Origin: Candidatus Moraniibacteriota bacterium | Lineage (GTDB): Bacteria > Patescibacteriota > Minisyncoccia > Moranbacterales > UBA1568 | DNA length: 64,000 bases | Assembly: GCA_052034975.1 (NCBI GenBank) | Contig: JBPOIA010000003.1 | Coordinates: 49,251 to 113,250 of the forward strand | Direction: 5' to 3' | In this document: piece after piece, positions 53,928 to 63,002 of the stretch | How the letters are laid out: every line of letters begins with the position of its first letter | Position numbering within the stretch: position 1 is the first letter of the stretch | Translations under genes and position numbers: made by a program | Notes under the pieces: generated by a model | Databases searched by the model: none | What the model was told of the DNA's origin: nothing | The model's input: only the letters and a program-made list of their open reading frames with translations

Positions 53928-55013
53928 TTATTGTCCTTGTTTCTCCAGCTTGCGGCGGATGTCTTCCTGTTCGAGGGCGTCGAGGATCCGGTCAAGATTA
54001 CCGTGGAGGATCTGCGGGATGCCGCTCCACGATTCCTTGATGCGGTGGTCGGTGATGCGGTCTTGGGGGAAATTGTAGGTGCGGATCTTCTCGCTCCGAT
54101 CGCCGGTGCCGATCTGGCTTTTGCGTGCGTCACCGAGCTCTTTGGCACGACGTTCTTCTTCTGCCTGATAGAGCCGCGAGCGAAGCACCTTCATCGCTTT
54201 TTCCTTGTTCTTGATCTGCGACTTCTCGTCTTGGCAGGAAACAACCACGCCACTCGGGAGGTGCGTGATACGTACGGCGCTGTAGGTCGTATTGACCGAT
54301 TGGCCGCCGGGTCCCGACGAGCAGAAAGTGTCGATGCGGAGGTCTTGGGGATTGATGACGATTTCCACGTCTTCGGCTTGCGGTAAGACGGCAACGGTCG
54401 CCGTCGAAGTATGGACGCGCCCCATCTTTTCTGTTTCGGGGACGCGCTGGACACGGTGCACGCCGGATTCGTATTTCATTTTGGAATAGACCGGCATTTC
54501 GCTTCCTCCGCGATTTATCTCGAAGACTACTTCTTTGAAGCCGCCTACCTCGGTCTGGTTGGAATGGAGCATCACGGTGCGCCAGCCGCGTGTTTCGGCG
54601 TAGTAAGAGTACATCCGGAAGAGTTCGGCTGCAAAAAGCGAGGACTCGTCGCCACCGGCGCCGGCGCGGATTTCGACGATGATGTCCTTGTTGTCGTTGG
54701 GATCTTTGGGAAGAAGGAGGCGTTTCAATTCTTCTTCGAGCGTGGTTTTTTCTTCGGCGAGCGAGAGGTTTTCTTCCATCGCGAGCGCACGGAGTTCCGG
54801 ATCGTTTTCGTCGGATTGGGTGAGTTCGGCATTGTCGCGCATCGTTTTTTCTACAATCCGAAAACGCCCGATGCGCTCCATAATGACATCGAGTTCTGTC
54901 TTGCGCCGACCGAGAGCGGCGAGTGCTTTCGGATCGCGTACGATGTTCGGATCGCTGAGGCGTGCCGTAATATCCGCGTGTTCACGTTCGATTTCTGCGA
55001 GGAGGTCTTTCAT
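53928..55013 (-). CDS. prfA: Peptide chain release factor 1
   Basis: [12 protein letters not shown] (GGQ) and the PxT-region context. 361 aa. Confidence 0.96.
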   Translation of the reverse strand: MKDLLAEIEREHADITARLSDPNIVRDPKALAALGRRKTELDVIMERIGRFRIVEKTMRDNAELTQSDENDPELRALAMEENLSLAEEKTTLEEELKRLLLPKDPNDNKDIIVEIRAGAGGDESSLFAAELFRMYSYYAETRGWRTVMLHSNQTEVGGFKEVVFEINRGGSEMPVYSKMKYESGVHRVQRVPETEKMGRVHTSTATVAVLPQAEDVEIVINPQDLRIDTFCSSGPGGQSVNTTYSAVRITHLPSGVVVSCQDEKSQIKNKEKAMKVLRSRLYQAEEERRAKELGDARKSQIGTGDRSEKIRTYNFPQDRITDHRIKESWSGIPQILHGNLDRILDALEQEDIRRKLEKQGQ

Positions 55014-55202
55014 AGTTTTTAGTTCTTAGCTTGGATTTCTTCTTGCCGGAGCCATACCCGCTCGGCCTTCAAGGCTTCTCTGAAAGATACCGGCTTTGAA
55101 AAAATTTGAGTTTTTTACAAAAAATCCCGTCTGAGGATGAGACGGGAGGCGCTTTCTTCGGGATGAGTGATTTCGGGTACAAGAAAAAAGCGCGAGAGAA
55201 CG

Positions 55203-55508
55203 CTACGCAGCTTTTTTCACGGCTTTCTTTTCCTTTTTCGGAGCTTCTTTTTCGACTTTCACTTTCGGCACTTTCTTGCGGGCGGCCTGGGCGGCGGCGG
55301 ATTTTTCGGCGAGCTTCTTGAAACGGTCGACGCGGCCGGTGGTGTCGATGAGCTTCTTTTTTCCGGTGTAGAGCGGATGGCACTGGGAACAGATTTCCGT
55401 GTGCATTGTTTCCGTGGTTGAGCCAGTCGTAAGCACCGCTCCGCAAGAGCAGGTGATAGTGGCTTTGGTGGAATACTTCGGATGGAGTCCTTTCTTCATA
55501 AGGGTCAT
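55203..55508 (-). CDS. rpmE: 50S ribosomal protein L31 (Zn ribbon type) with Lys/Ala-rich C-terminal tail
   Basis: MKKGLHPKY..ATITCSCGAVLTTGSTTETMHTEICSQCHPLYTGKKK..GRVDRFKK. Candidate starts are 55508 and 55499. Confidence 0.9.
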   Translation of the reverse strand: MTLMKKGLHPKYSTKATITCSCGAVLTTGSTTETMHTEICSQCHPLYTGKKKLIDTTGRVDRFKKLAEKSAAAQAARKKVPKVKVEKEAPKKEKKAVKKAA

Positions 55509-55580
55509 TCACTCATTGATACCCACAGAGTCTATCATAAGCTTTACAAATTGGCAAGACAGGGCGCGACATTGGGGAAA

Positions 55581-55608
55581 ATTGACAATCGGCGAGAAAC
55601 TGATATAC
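55581..55608 (+). promoter_or_regulatory. Sigma70-type promoter TTGACA-16-TATACT giving a roughly 150-nt structured leader for rpsB-tsf
   Basis: -35 at 55581-55586, -10 at 55603-55608. Hairpin TCCGCA-TGTTTTT-TGCGGA at about 55622-55640. Confidence 0.6.
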
Positions 55609-55764
55609 TGGCTCCTGTATTTCTCCGCATGTTTTTTGCGGAAAGTATCAGTCATATTTCCGTTGCGCCTTTTCCTGGCTCCGCGCTTGCGAGGCCCCAA
55701 GGCGATATACGGCGGGAATAGGTGGTCCTTCGGGACGATATAATTAATAAGGAAGAAAACGCAT

Positions 55765-56571
55765 ATGACAGAGACTCAAAACGTCGCTCCGGCACCGGTA
55801 GCGCCAGAGAAGGCCGTCAAAGAGGCGGACGGCGGGTATTTCGCCGATTTCGATTTCGGGAAATTTGTCATCGATCTCGAATCGCTTCTGAAAGCGGGTG
55901 TGCATTTCGGTCATTTGAAATCACGTCGCCATCCGAAGATGGACGAATACGTCTATACGACGCGCAAGAACATCAATATCATCGATTTGGAAAAGACTGT
56001 GGAGCGACTCGACGCAGCTGTGAAATTCCTCTCCTCGGTTGCCGCTTCTGGTAAGCCGATCCTGTTTGTGGGGATGAAGAAACAGACGCATGATACGGTA
56101 CGGTCTTTGGCCGAGCGTCTAGAGCAGCACTTCGTGATTGATCGTTGGCTCGGTGGGACGCTGACGAATTTCAAGATGATCCGCGACCGAGCTCGCTATC
56201 TGAAAGATTCACAGGAAAAATTCGCGCAGGGCGAATTCAAGAAGTACACCAAATTTGAGCAGAGCAAGAAGCTCGAGGAGATCGAGAAACTGGAAAAGAA
56301 AGTCGGCGGTATCAAGCATATGGAGGTTCTGCCGGGCGCGATCGTGATTGCGGACGTGAAAGAGGCCGGTCTCGTGCTTCATGAGGCCCAGAAAATGAAC
56401 GTGCCGGTGGTGGGAATCGTGGACACGAATACCGACCCGTCATCCGTCGACTATCCGATTCCGGGGAACGATGACGCACTGTCTTCCTTGCGGCTCATAT
56501 TCAGCGAGCTTGGCAAGGCCGTTGTCGTCGGAAAGGCTTCAACCAAAGCCAAGGAGACGAAAAGCGCTTAA
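55765..56571 (+). CDS. rpsB: 30S ribosomal protein S2
   Basis: LLKAGVHFGHLKSRRHPKM..ILFVGMKKQ..VDTNTDPSSVDYPIPGNDDA. AAGGAAG RBS. Confidence 0.96.
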   Translation: MTETQNVAPAPVAPEKAVKEADGGYFADFDFGKFVIDLESLLKAGVHFGHLKSRRHPKMDEYVYTTRKNINIIDLEKTVERLDAAVKFLSSVAASGKPILFVGMKKQTHDTVRSLAERLEQHFVIDRWLGGTLTNFKMIRDRARYLKDSQEKFAQGEFKKYTKFEQSKKLEEIEKLEKKVGGIKHMEVLPGAIVIADVKEAGLVLHEAQKMNVPVVGIVDTNTDPSSVDYPIPGNDDALSSLRLIFSELGKAVVVGKASTKAKETKSA

Positions 56572-56622
56572 GAGAAAGTTCTTTTTGCGCTGAAAAAACT
56601 AACATTCGAACGACGTATTTTT

Positions 56623-57207
56623 ATGAGTCAGATGGAACAAGTGAAAGCGCTCCGCGAGAAAACCGGTGCCGGTATCGTGGACGTAAAGAAAGCGCTCGAC
56701 GAAGCGGGTGGCGATGAAGTGAAAGCGATCGAGGTCCTCCGCAAACGCGGCCAGGACAAGGCGCTCAAAAAGAGTGACCGTGAAACGTGCGAAGGTATTG
56801 TCGTGTCGTATGTCCATTCCAATAAGCGTGTCGGTACGCTCCTGAAGCTCTCCTGCGAGACAGATTTCGTAGCCCGCAACGAGGAATTCCAAGAACTCGG
56901 CCGCGATATAGCGATGCACATCACCGCTGCTGCACCGCGATACTTGAAGCCGGAAGATGTGCCGGCTGAGACGGTGGAAGCAGAAAAAAACATTTGGCGT
57001 GAACAGTTGGCGCAGGAAGGCAAACCAGCCGATCTGACCGAAAAGATCCTTGCTGGCAAGGAACAGAAGTTCCGGAACGAGGTTTCGCTTCTCACCCAGC
57101 CATTTGTGAAGGATCCGGAAAAGACCATCGGCGCCCTGTTGACCGAAAAAATCCATAAGATCGGGGAAAATATCCAAATCGGAGATTTTATCCGGTACGA
57201 AATGTAA
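56623..57207 (+). CDS. tsf: Elongation factor Ts (short, about 194 aa form)
   Basis: VKALREKTGAGIVDVKKALDEAGGD..DFVARNEEFQ. Confidence 0.9.
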   Translation: MSQMEQVKALREKTGAGIVDVKKALDEAGGDEVKAIEVLRKRGQDKALKKSDRETCEGIVVSYVHSNKRVGTLLKLSCETDFVARNEEFQELGRDIAMHITAAAPRYLKPEDVPAETVEAEKNIWREQLAQEGKPADLTEKILAGKEQKFRNEVSLLTQPFVKDPEKTIGALLTEKIHKIGENIQIGDFIRYEM

Positions 57208-57258
57208 GTGTTTTCTGCTAGAATAGAGACGAAGAACAGACAGTAACTGCTGACCGTG

Positions 57259-57930
57259 ATGTGGTATCTCATTGTCCCACCGATTATCGTTGTCCTCTCG
57301 CTTTCCTTTTTGCTGTGGTATCTGTCGCGCAAAGGAAGCGATCCTGCCATTGCCGAACAGCTGTCTCATTCCGATGAAACCGCCGGAAAGAATGGAAAAA
57401 TCTCCTTTCTTCGTACGAAGGGGTTTTTTCTCCGACATCTCGAAAAAGCAGCGCAGCATTCCAAGGTGATGTCTCTTCGGGCACATAACGCGCTCCATAG
57501 TTGGTCGCAGTCGATCAAGGCGCGTCGCCATACGGTAGAGCAAGCGAAGGAACAGGAGAAAGAGCCGACTGAAGAACTTTCACCGGTACTGGAAGAATCA
57601 CGGATGGAGATTCGTACTGAAACCAAGGAATCACCGGTGCTTCCGCCTCTTCCGAATCGTCCGATGGTGAGCGAGACGGTGGCACGTCCGGAAATCCGTC
57701 GGAAACGCCATCACAATGCATTGCGGGAGGAAGCGCTGATCGCCCGCATCGCCGTCGACCCGAAAGACTTCACCGCGTACGAAGAACTGGGGGACTACTA
57801 CCTTGAGACTGGTAACGTCAAGGATGCCAAGGAGTGTTATCGCCAGGTACTGAAGCTCTCTCCGATACAGCGGATGGTGAAGATCAAGATTCGCCGCCTT
57901 GAAAAGCTTCTTTCGGAACAAAAAGGTTGA
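57259..57930 (+). CDS. Hypothetical protein with N-terminal TM and C-terminal TPR-like helix pair
   Basis: WYLIVPPIIVVLSLSFLLWYL. C-terminal FTAYEELGDYYLETGNVKDAKECYRQVLKLSP. The ORF-track start at 57256 is GTG. Confidence 0.5.
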   Translation: MWYLIVPPIIVVLSLSFLLWYLSRKGSDPAIAEQLSHSDETAGKNGKISFLRTKGFFLRHLEKAAQHSKVMSLRAHNALHSWSQSIKARRHTVEQAKEQEKEPTEELSPVLEESRMEIRTETKESPVLPPLPNRPMVSETVARPEIRRKRHHNALREEALIARIAVDPKDFTAYEELGDYYLETGNVKDAKECYRQVLKLSPIQRMVKIKIRRLEKLLSEQKG

Positions 57931-57955
57931 AAAACAGGGGAGGCTCATATATGAT
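57927..57955 (+). promoter_or_regulatory. Possible promoter TTGAAA-17-TATGAT for the tRNA-Thr/Tyr cluster
   Basis: Sequence match only; overlaps a short hairpin GATAGACA..TGTCTATC. Confidence 0.3.
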
Positions 57956-57979
57956 AGACAGGCGCGTTTTGTGTCTATC

Positions 57980-58051
57980 GCCACCTTAGCTCAGAGGTAG
58001 AGCAGCGGTTTTGTAAACCGTTGGTCCTCGGTTCAAATCCGAGAGGTGGCT
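57980..58051 (+). tRNA. tRNA-Thr (anticodon UGU)
   Basis: Cloverleaf fits: acceptor GCCACCT/AGGTGGC, D-arm GCTC..GAGC, anticodon stem GCGGT/ACCGT with loop TTTGTAA (U33, UGU, A37), T-arm CTCGG-TTCAAAT-CCGAG, discriminator T. No encoded CCA. Confidence 0.85.
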
Positions 58052-58084
58052 CCGAGTGTTGTAAAGAGAAGAGTATTTTGAAAA

Positions 58085-58167
58085 GGGTAGGTGGCGGAGT
58101 GGTCAATCGCAGCTGACTGTAAATCAGCCGACTTCGGTCTACGGGGGTTCGAATCCCTCCCTGCCCA
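58085..58167 (+). tRNA. tRNA-Tyr (anticodon GUA), type II with long variable arm
   Basis: Acceptor GGGTAGG/CCTGCCC (one G-U), anticodon stem GCTGA/TCAGC with loop CTGTAAA, 14-nt variable arm, T-arm GGGGG-TTCGAAT-CCCTC, discriminator A. Confidence 0.85.
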
Positions 58168-58177
58168 CGAGAATAAA

Positions 58178-58219
58178 CTATAAAAGCACCATTACCGGGT
58201 GCTTTTATAGTTTTGTTTT
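58178..58219 (+). terminator. Terminator hairpin after tRNA-Tyr: CTATAAAAGCACC-ATTACCG-GGTGCTTTTATAG + TTTTGTTTTG
   Basis: 13-bp perfect stem plus T-rich tail. A sequence-related hairpin recurs at 58369-58410 after the second copy of the tRNA 3' end. Confidence 0.65.
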
Positions 58220-58243
58220 GAGGGAGGGATTCGAACGGGCAGG
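58220..58243 (+). repeat. Inverted partial copy of tRNA-Tyr T-arm/3' end (GAGGGAGGGATTCGAAC) followed by GGGCAGG, the complement of the tRNA-Tyr 3' acceptor strand
   Basis: Reverse complement GTTCGAATCCCTCCCTC matches tRNA-Tyr 58147-58162 at 16 of 17 positions. Confidence 0.6.
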
Positions 58244-58349
58244 AACGAGTAGCGAGCGAAGGCGAGCTAAACGAGTGTCGACGGATGCGCGTGAGCAAAC
58301 ATTCGTCGCTGCCCCGGGCAACGAAGTCGTCAGCAGACGACGAGGCGAA

Positions 58350-58366
58350 AATCCCTCCCTGCCCAC
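58350..58366 (+). repeat. Direct 17-bp repeat of the tRNA-Tyr 3' end (AATCCCTCCCTGCCCAC)
   Basis: Identical to 58152-58168. Followed, like the tRNA copy, by a related AT-rich terminator hairpin and TTTTGTTTG-AG(G/T)..GGAGGGAT. Confidence 0.6.
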
Positions 58367-58511
58367 AGAAAGTAAAAAGTACCCTGCGGGGTATTTTTTA
58401 CTTTTGTTTGAGTTGGAGGGATGAAAAGGGCGATAGCTAGACTTTTTGTGAAAAAACGTTAGAATAAGAAAAGTCTCAACGAATAGTTGAGGCTCGTATT
58501 TTTGAAAATAA

Positions 58512-58584
58512 GCCGTTGTAGCTCAGCTGGTAGAGCACCACCATGGTAAGGTGGGGGTCACCGGTTCAATCCCGGTCAACGGCT
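58512..58584 (+). tRNA. tRNA-Thr (anticodon GGU)
   Basis: Acceptor GCCGTTG/CAACGGC, D-arm GCTC-AGCTGGTA-GAGC, anticodon stem CCACC/GGTGG with loop ATGGTAA, T-arm ACCGG-TTCAATC-CCGGT, discriminator T. Confidence 0.8.
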
Positions 58585-58677
58585 CAGAAAGAACGGAAAA
58601 TGAAGGTTCAATGTTGACGGAACGACGGTTTTCGCGTACAGTGAAAAAGCTTTGTAAATCGTTTGAAGGTTGGAGTT

Positions 58678-58839
58678 ATGGGACAAATCAAGGATACGAT
58701 GGTAAAACTCAAATGTTCTTCGTGCAGCCGCATCACGCACTACACCAAGCGGAACAAGAAAAAGGTCAAGGAAAAGCTTGAGCTCTCCAAGTATTGCAAG
58801 TTTTGCAAGAAGAACGTGATACACACCGAGAGCAAGTAG
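58678..58839 (+). CDS. rpmG: 50S ribosomal protein L33 (zinc-ribbon form)
   Basis: Absent from the ORF track (53 aa). ATG with GAAGGTTGGAG RBS. MGQIKDTMVKLKCSSCSRITHYTKRNKKKVKEKLELSKYCKFCKKNVIHTESK fits the L33 pattern C-x2-C..Y..KN..(K/R)LEL.KYC.xC.KH..H.E.K. Lies between tRNA-Thr and tRNA-Trp as in the conserved thr-tyr-gly-thr / rpmG-trp neighbourhood. Confidence 0.85.
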   Translation: MGQIKDTMVKLKCSSCSRITHYTKRNKKKVKEKLELSKYCKFCKKNVIHTESK

Positions 58840-58879
58840 CTCTCGGTTTTTCAGATAATTTGTTACAATAGTCTTGAAA

Positions 58880-58950
58880 GGGAGTGTCGTATAGTGGCAG
58901 TACAACGGTCTCCAAAACCGTTAGCGGGGGTCCGATTCCCTCCACTCCTG
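58880..58950 (+). tRNA. tRNA-Trp (anticodon CCA)
   Basis: Anticodon arm ACGGT-CTCCAAA-ACCGT is nearly identical to the E. coli tRNA-Trp anticodon arm. Acceptor GGGAGTG/CACTCCT (G1-U72), T-arm GGGGG-TCCGATT-CCCTC. The predicted C at position 55 is unusual and should be checked with a covariance model. Confidence 0.75.
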
Positions 58951-59055
58951 CGGAGTAAAATAAAAAATTGAAGAATCAAAGATGGAAATTGATGTGTCTG
59001 CCAAAGGCGGAGAGGACGTTTTTTCATTTTGATATTTGATTTTTTATATTGTTAC

Positions 59056-59127
59056 GGCCCTATCGTCTATCGGCTAGGACATCAGGTTCTCATCCTGGAA
59101 AGCGGGGTTCGATTCCCCGTAGGGCTA
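59056..59127 (+). tRNA. tRNA-Glu (anticodon CUC)
   Basis: TCGTCTA..GGAC D-arm, 4-nt variable loop and GGGGTTCGATTCCCC T-arm, as in bacterial tRNA-Glu. Anticodon loop TTCTCAT. Confidence 0.8.
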
Positions 59128-59132
59128 CAGGT

Positions 59133-59177
59133 ATCAATAAAAATCACCTTTCTTTTTGGAGGGTGATTTTTATTGAT
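59133..59177. terminator. 16-bp perfect hairpin ATCAATAAAAATCACC-N13-GGTGATTTTTATTGAT downstream of tRNA-Glu
   Basis: Perfect 16-bp inverted repeat. AT-rich arms act as U/A tracts in both directions. Confidence 0.65.
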
Positions 59178-59337
59178 ATTTCTATCTCAGGGGAATCCTT
59201 CTCTCTAGCAAGGCTACATTTTGAAAATCCTCGTAGAAGCAGGGATTTTTTGACAAACCTATTTTGATATCTTATCCTGCAAGACCGGTTTTGACCGGTC
59301 TTCTGTCCATTAACAACCGAAGAAAGAGAGGTGGAAA

Positions 59338-60258
59338 ATGGCGACGTTCAATGAGAAGCTGCAAGCGAAGTGGAATGAGGGGAAATTCGTCTGTGTCGGG
59401 CTCGACAGCGAGCTCGGCAAGATTCCTAAATGTGTCAGAGTGCTGGATTCGAGGCACTTGGAACGTGACATAACCTTGTTCAATCAGGTTGTTGTAGATG
59501 CGACGCATGATCTTGCTTGTGCGTATAAGCCGAACCTTGCGTTCTATATCGCACATGGAGATCGTGGCCTTTGGGCTCTGCGTGATACGACGCAGCACAT
59601 CCATACCATTGCCCCTGATGTTCCCGTGATTCTCGATGCCAAGAGTATGGACATCGGCAATACCAATGCCGGTTACGTGCAGATGGCGTTTGAGTATTGT
59701 GGTGCCGATGCAATTACAGTGAATCCCTATCTCGGTATGGAAGCGGCTCAGCCATTTCTCGACCAGAAGGACAAGGGCATCATCGTGCTCTGTCGTACGT
59801 CGAATAAGGGCGCAGGGGAATTCCAGGATTGCAAAGTCCAACTTCCAACCCTGTATCCTGGCGGTAAGCATGAAGAATTCTTGCAGTTTGAGAAGAGGAT
59901 TGGCTATCAGTTGTCCGAAACCTGCGTTCCGCTCTATCAGTATGTCGCTTTCCACGTGGCCGAGCATTGGAACACGAATGGCAACTGTGCGCTCGTCGTC
60001 GGGGCGACGTGTCCGGAAGAGCTTACGCGGGTCCGTCGGATTGTCGGTGATATGCCGATTCTCATCCCAGGTATCGGTGCGCAGGGTGGCGACGTGGAGG
60101 CGACTGTGAAAGCGGGGATAGATAGCCGCGGGCAGGGGATGATCATCAATTCCTCGCGTGGCATCATCTTCGCCTCAGACGGCCCGGATTTTGCCGAAGC
60201 CGCTCGTCGCGAGACGGAAAAGCTTCATAATCTCATCAACCAGTACCGCAACTCATAA
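59338..60258 (+). CDS. pyrF: Orotidine 5'-phosphate decarboxylase, type 2 (long form)
   Basis: AGAGAGGTGG RBS. VCVGLDSE..YKPNLAFY..ILDAKSMDIGNT..PGIGAQGG. Confidence 0.85.
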   Translation: MATFNEKLQAKWNEGKFVCVGLDSELGKIPKCVRVLDSRHLERDITLFNQVVVDATHDLACAYKPNLAFYIAHGDRGLWALRDTTQHIHTIAPDVPVILDAKSMDIGNTNAGYVQMAFEYCGADAITVNPYLGMEAAQPFLDQKDKGIIVLCRTSNKGAGEFQDCKVQLPTLYPGGKHEEFLQFEKRIGYQLSETCVPLYQYVAFHVAEHWNTNGNCALVVGATCPEELTRVRRIVGDMPILIPGIGAQGGDVEATVKAGIDSRGQGMIINSSRGIIFASDGPDFAEAARRETEKLHNLINQYRNS

Positions 60259-60887
<629 letters not shown>

Positions 60888-61122
60888 TCTATATGTTCCA
60901 AAGGGCGCCGAGCGCAACCGCGCCACGGGCCCTTTTTCTTTTGTGCCCGGTAGGAGAACTTCGACTTATGAATAAAAAGTCTCTGTCATAAAGCGGAGGT
61001 TCTGAGGAAATAAACAAGTTTAACTGAGGATTTCAAAGCTTTGAAAAGAACTGTCGAAGTTTCACTACCGGGTGTGCTAAAATAAAAAGGTTCATTGCCG
61101 ATCGTTTATTGATGACTGTTTT

Positions 61123-61836
61123 ATGCCTACTTTGATTTTCGATATCGAGACCGTCGGGGAGGATTTCGATTCTCTCGACGAGACGAGTCAGGATGTGCTC
61201 ACGCGTTGGATCAAGAAGGAATCCGAAAGCGGGGAGAGCTATACGGCGGCCTTGGCTGATCTTAAGAACGGGATGGGCTTTTCGCCTTTGACCGGTCAGA
61301 TCGTGGCGATCGGGATGTACGATGGCGAACGCGCGAAGGGAGCGGTGTATTTTCAGTCCTCGCCCAAGAAAGAAGAGAAAAGTTTTGAGGAAGACGTCTA
61401 CAAGTTCGAAGTGATGACGGAAGAGGAAATGCTCCGGAAATTCTGGGACGTGGTGGAAAAGTATGATACGTTCGTCACCTTCAACGGCCGTCAGTTCGAC
61501 GTACCGTTTCTGATGGTGCGTTCGGCGATTCACGGTATCCGTCCGACAAAAAACCTTCTCGCCAATCGTTATCTCAACCACCACCCGCAGAACGCGCGGC
61601 ATATCGATCTGTACGATCAGCTCACGTTTTACGGGGCGATGCGAAAGAAGGGAAGTCTCCACCTTTGGTGCCGGGCGTTCGGCATTGAGAGTCCGAAAGC
61701 ACAGGGTGTCGATGGCGACGATGTGAAGATGCTTTTTGACAAGGGTCGAAGTGCCGATATTGCGCGTTACAACTCCCGCGACCTCAAAGCGACGTACGAG
61801 CTGTATCGGAAATATGAGGAGTATCTTCAATTCTGA
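61123..61836 (+). CDS. Predicted 3'-5' exonuclease, RNase H-like/DEDDy superfamily (PolB-exonuclease-domain-like)
   Basis: LIFDIETVG (Exo I DxE), TFNGRQFDVPFL (Exo II), YNSRDLKATYELY (Exo III Yx3D). Confidence 0.7.
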   Translation: MPTLIFDIETVGEDFDSLDETSQDVLTRWIKKESESGESYTAALADLKNGMGFSPLTGQIVAIGMYDGERAKGAVYFQSSPKKEEKSFEEDVYKFEVMTEEEMLRKFWDVVEKYDTFVTFNGRQFDVPFLMVRSAIHGIRPTKNLLANRYLNHHPQNARHIDLYDQLTFYGAMRKKGSLHLWCRAFGIESPKAQGVDGDDVKMLFDKGRSADIARYNSRDLKATYELYRKYEEYLQF

Positions 61837-61902
61837 TTTTTTGGCTTGTTTTTGGCGTTATTCCCTGTTATACTCCTACCTGTAATTTTCTCGGATTACG
61901 GA

Positions 61903-62988
61903 ATGACATCCCTCTCCGTCGAAGAAGAACTGAAAGCGTTCAAAGCGCGCTTGGATCCCAAGATCAGCGCGTATTTTGATACGGTACTCAAGCATTCCGA
62001 AAAAGAAGATGATCTGGTAGCGGAGGCGCTTCGGCATACGCGCGAGATCGTACTTTCCGGCGGCAAGCGCCTACGGGCGGCGCTTATGTACTACGGCTAT
62101 ATCGGTGCCGGCGGGACGGAAGAAGAAAAAATTCTCGAAACATCGGTGGCGGTCGAGCTCATTCACGCGTTTCTTTTGGTACACGACGATATCATTGATC
62201 GCGACGAGCTGCGCCACGGCGTACCGACACTTCATCGTCGGTACGCGGATTTCGGCAAACGCTTTTTTCCGAATACGGATACAGAACATTTCGGCGCATC
62301 CATCGCTCTTATTATGGGCGATATGCTCTGCGCTTTCGGAAACGATATTATTTTCCGTTCCGGCTTTCCGCACGAGCGGGTCTTTGAAGCGCTTTCCAAA
62401 CTGCAACACATCGTTTCTTTTACCGTAATCGGTCAGGCACGGGACGTGTATATGGAGTACAAACGTGAAGCGACCGAAGAAGAAATTATCCGGATGTATA
62501 CCAATAAGACAGCCAAATACACTATCGAGGGGCCGCTTCATTTGGGTGCGGTACTTGCCGGCGCGCCGCAGGAACTCCTTGACGCGATTTCACGTTATGC
62601 GGTACCGTTAGGCATCGCGTTTCAGATACAGGATGATATTTTAGGAGTATTTGGTACGGAGAAGCGTCTCGGCAAACCGGTTGGATCGGATATCAAGGAA
62701 GGCAAGATAACGCTTTTGGTGTCGCGCGTTCTTCGTGATGGGACACCAAAGCAACGGAAGCGGATACAGGAGTTGCTTGCGATGGGCGAAGAACTTTCCG
62801 AAGCTGATACGGAGGAATTCCGCTCCGTCATACGGGCATCCGGTGCGCTCGATGGTGCAAAGCAGCTAGCGGCGGAATATGTGGAAAAAGGACGTCTTGC
62901 GCTCGAAGACACGAAGGAAATGTTCGAGCCTTGTGCGTACAATTTTCTCCATTCCATAGCGGAATATATGATCGCACGCGAATACTGA
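61903..62988 (+). CDS. trans-Polyprenyl diphosphate synthase (FPP/GGPP synthase family)
   Basis: First Asp-rich motif LLVHDDIIDRDELRHG and second FQIQDDILG. ATG at 61903 within ORF 61846-62988. Confidence 0.85.
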   Translation: MTSLSVEEELKAFKARLDPKISAYFDTVLKHSEKEDDLVAEALRHTREIVLSGGKRLRAALMYYGYIGAGGTEEEKILETSVAVELIHAFLLVHDDIIDRDELRHGVPTLHRRYADFGKRFFPNTDTEHFGASIALIMGDMLCAFGNDIIFRSGFPHERVFEALSKLQHIVSFTVIGQARDVYMEYKREATEEEIIRMYTNKTAKYTIEGPLHLGAVLAGAPQELLDAISRYAVPLGIAFQIQDDILGVFGTEKRLGKPVGSDIKEGKITLLVSRVLRDGTPKQRKRIQELLAMGEELSEADTEEFRSVIRASGALDGAKQLAAEYVEKGRLALEDTKEMFEPCAYNFLHSIAEYMIAREY

Positions 62989-63002
62989 TTTTTTAAAGAA
63001 AT

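Noticed and set aside
58244-58349. An intact tRNA-Gly (expected from the thr-tyr-gly-thr order) or a minus-strand tRNA.
   Set aside because: I could not fold a cloverleaf on either strand. Position 8 would be A, there is no D-arm, and the T-stem halves do not pair. Only a 17-nt 3'-end fragment is tRNA-like.
58218-58424. 68-aa ORF across the tRNA-derived repeat region.
   Set aside because: It spans both terminator hairpins and the duplicated tRNA 3' end, has no RBS, and the composition reflects the GC-rich structured element.
58152-58440. Possible CRISPR or other spacer-repeat array, given the repeated AATCCCTCCCTGCCCAC and related hairpins.
   Set aside because: There are only two direct copies plus one inverted partial copy, the spacing is irregular, no cas genes are present, and the repeat is the tRNA-Tyr 3' end. 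It is better described as a tRNA-derived duplication.
58551-58781. 76-aa plus-strand ORF from the track.
   Set aside because: It starts inside tRNA-Thr(GGU) and is out of frame with the L33 gene (58678-58839), which has a proper RBS and a conserved zinc-ribbon motif.
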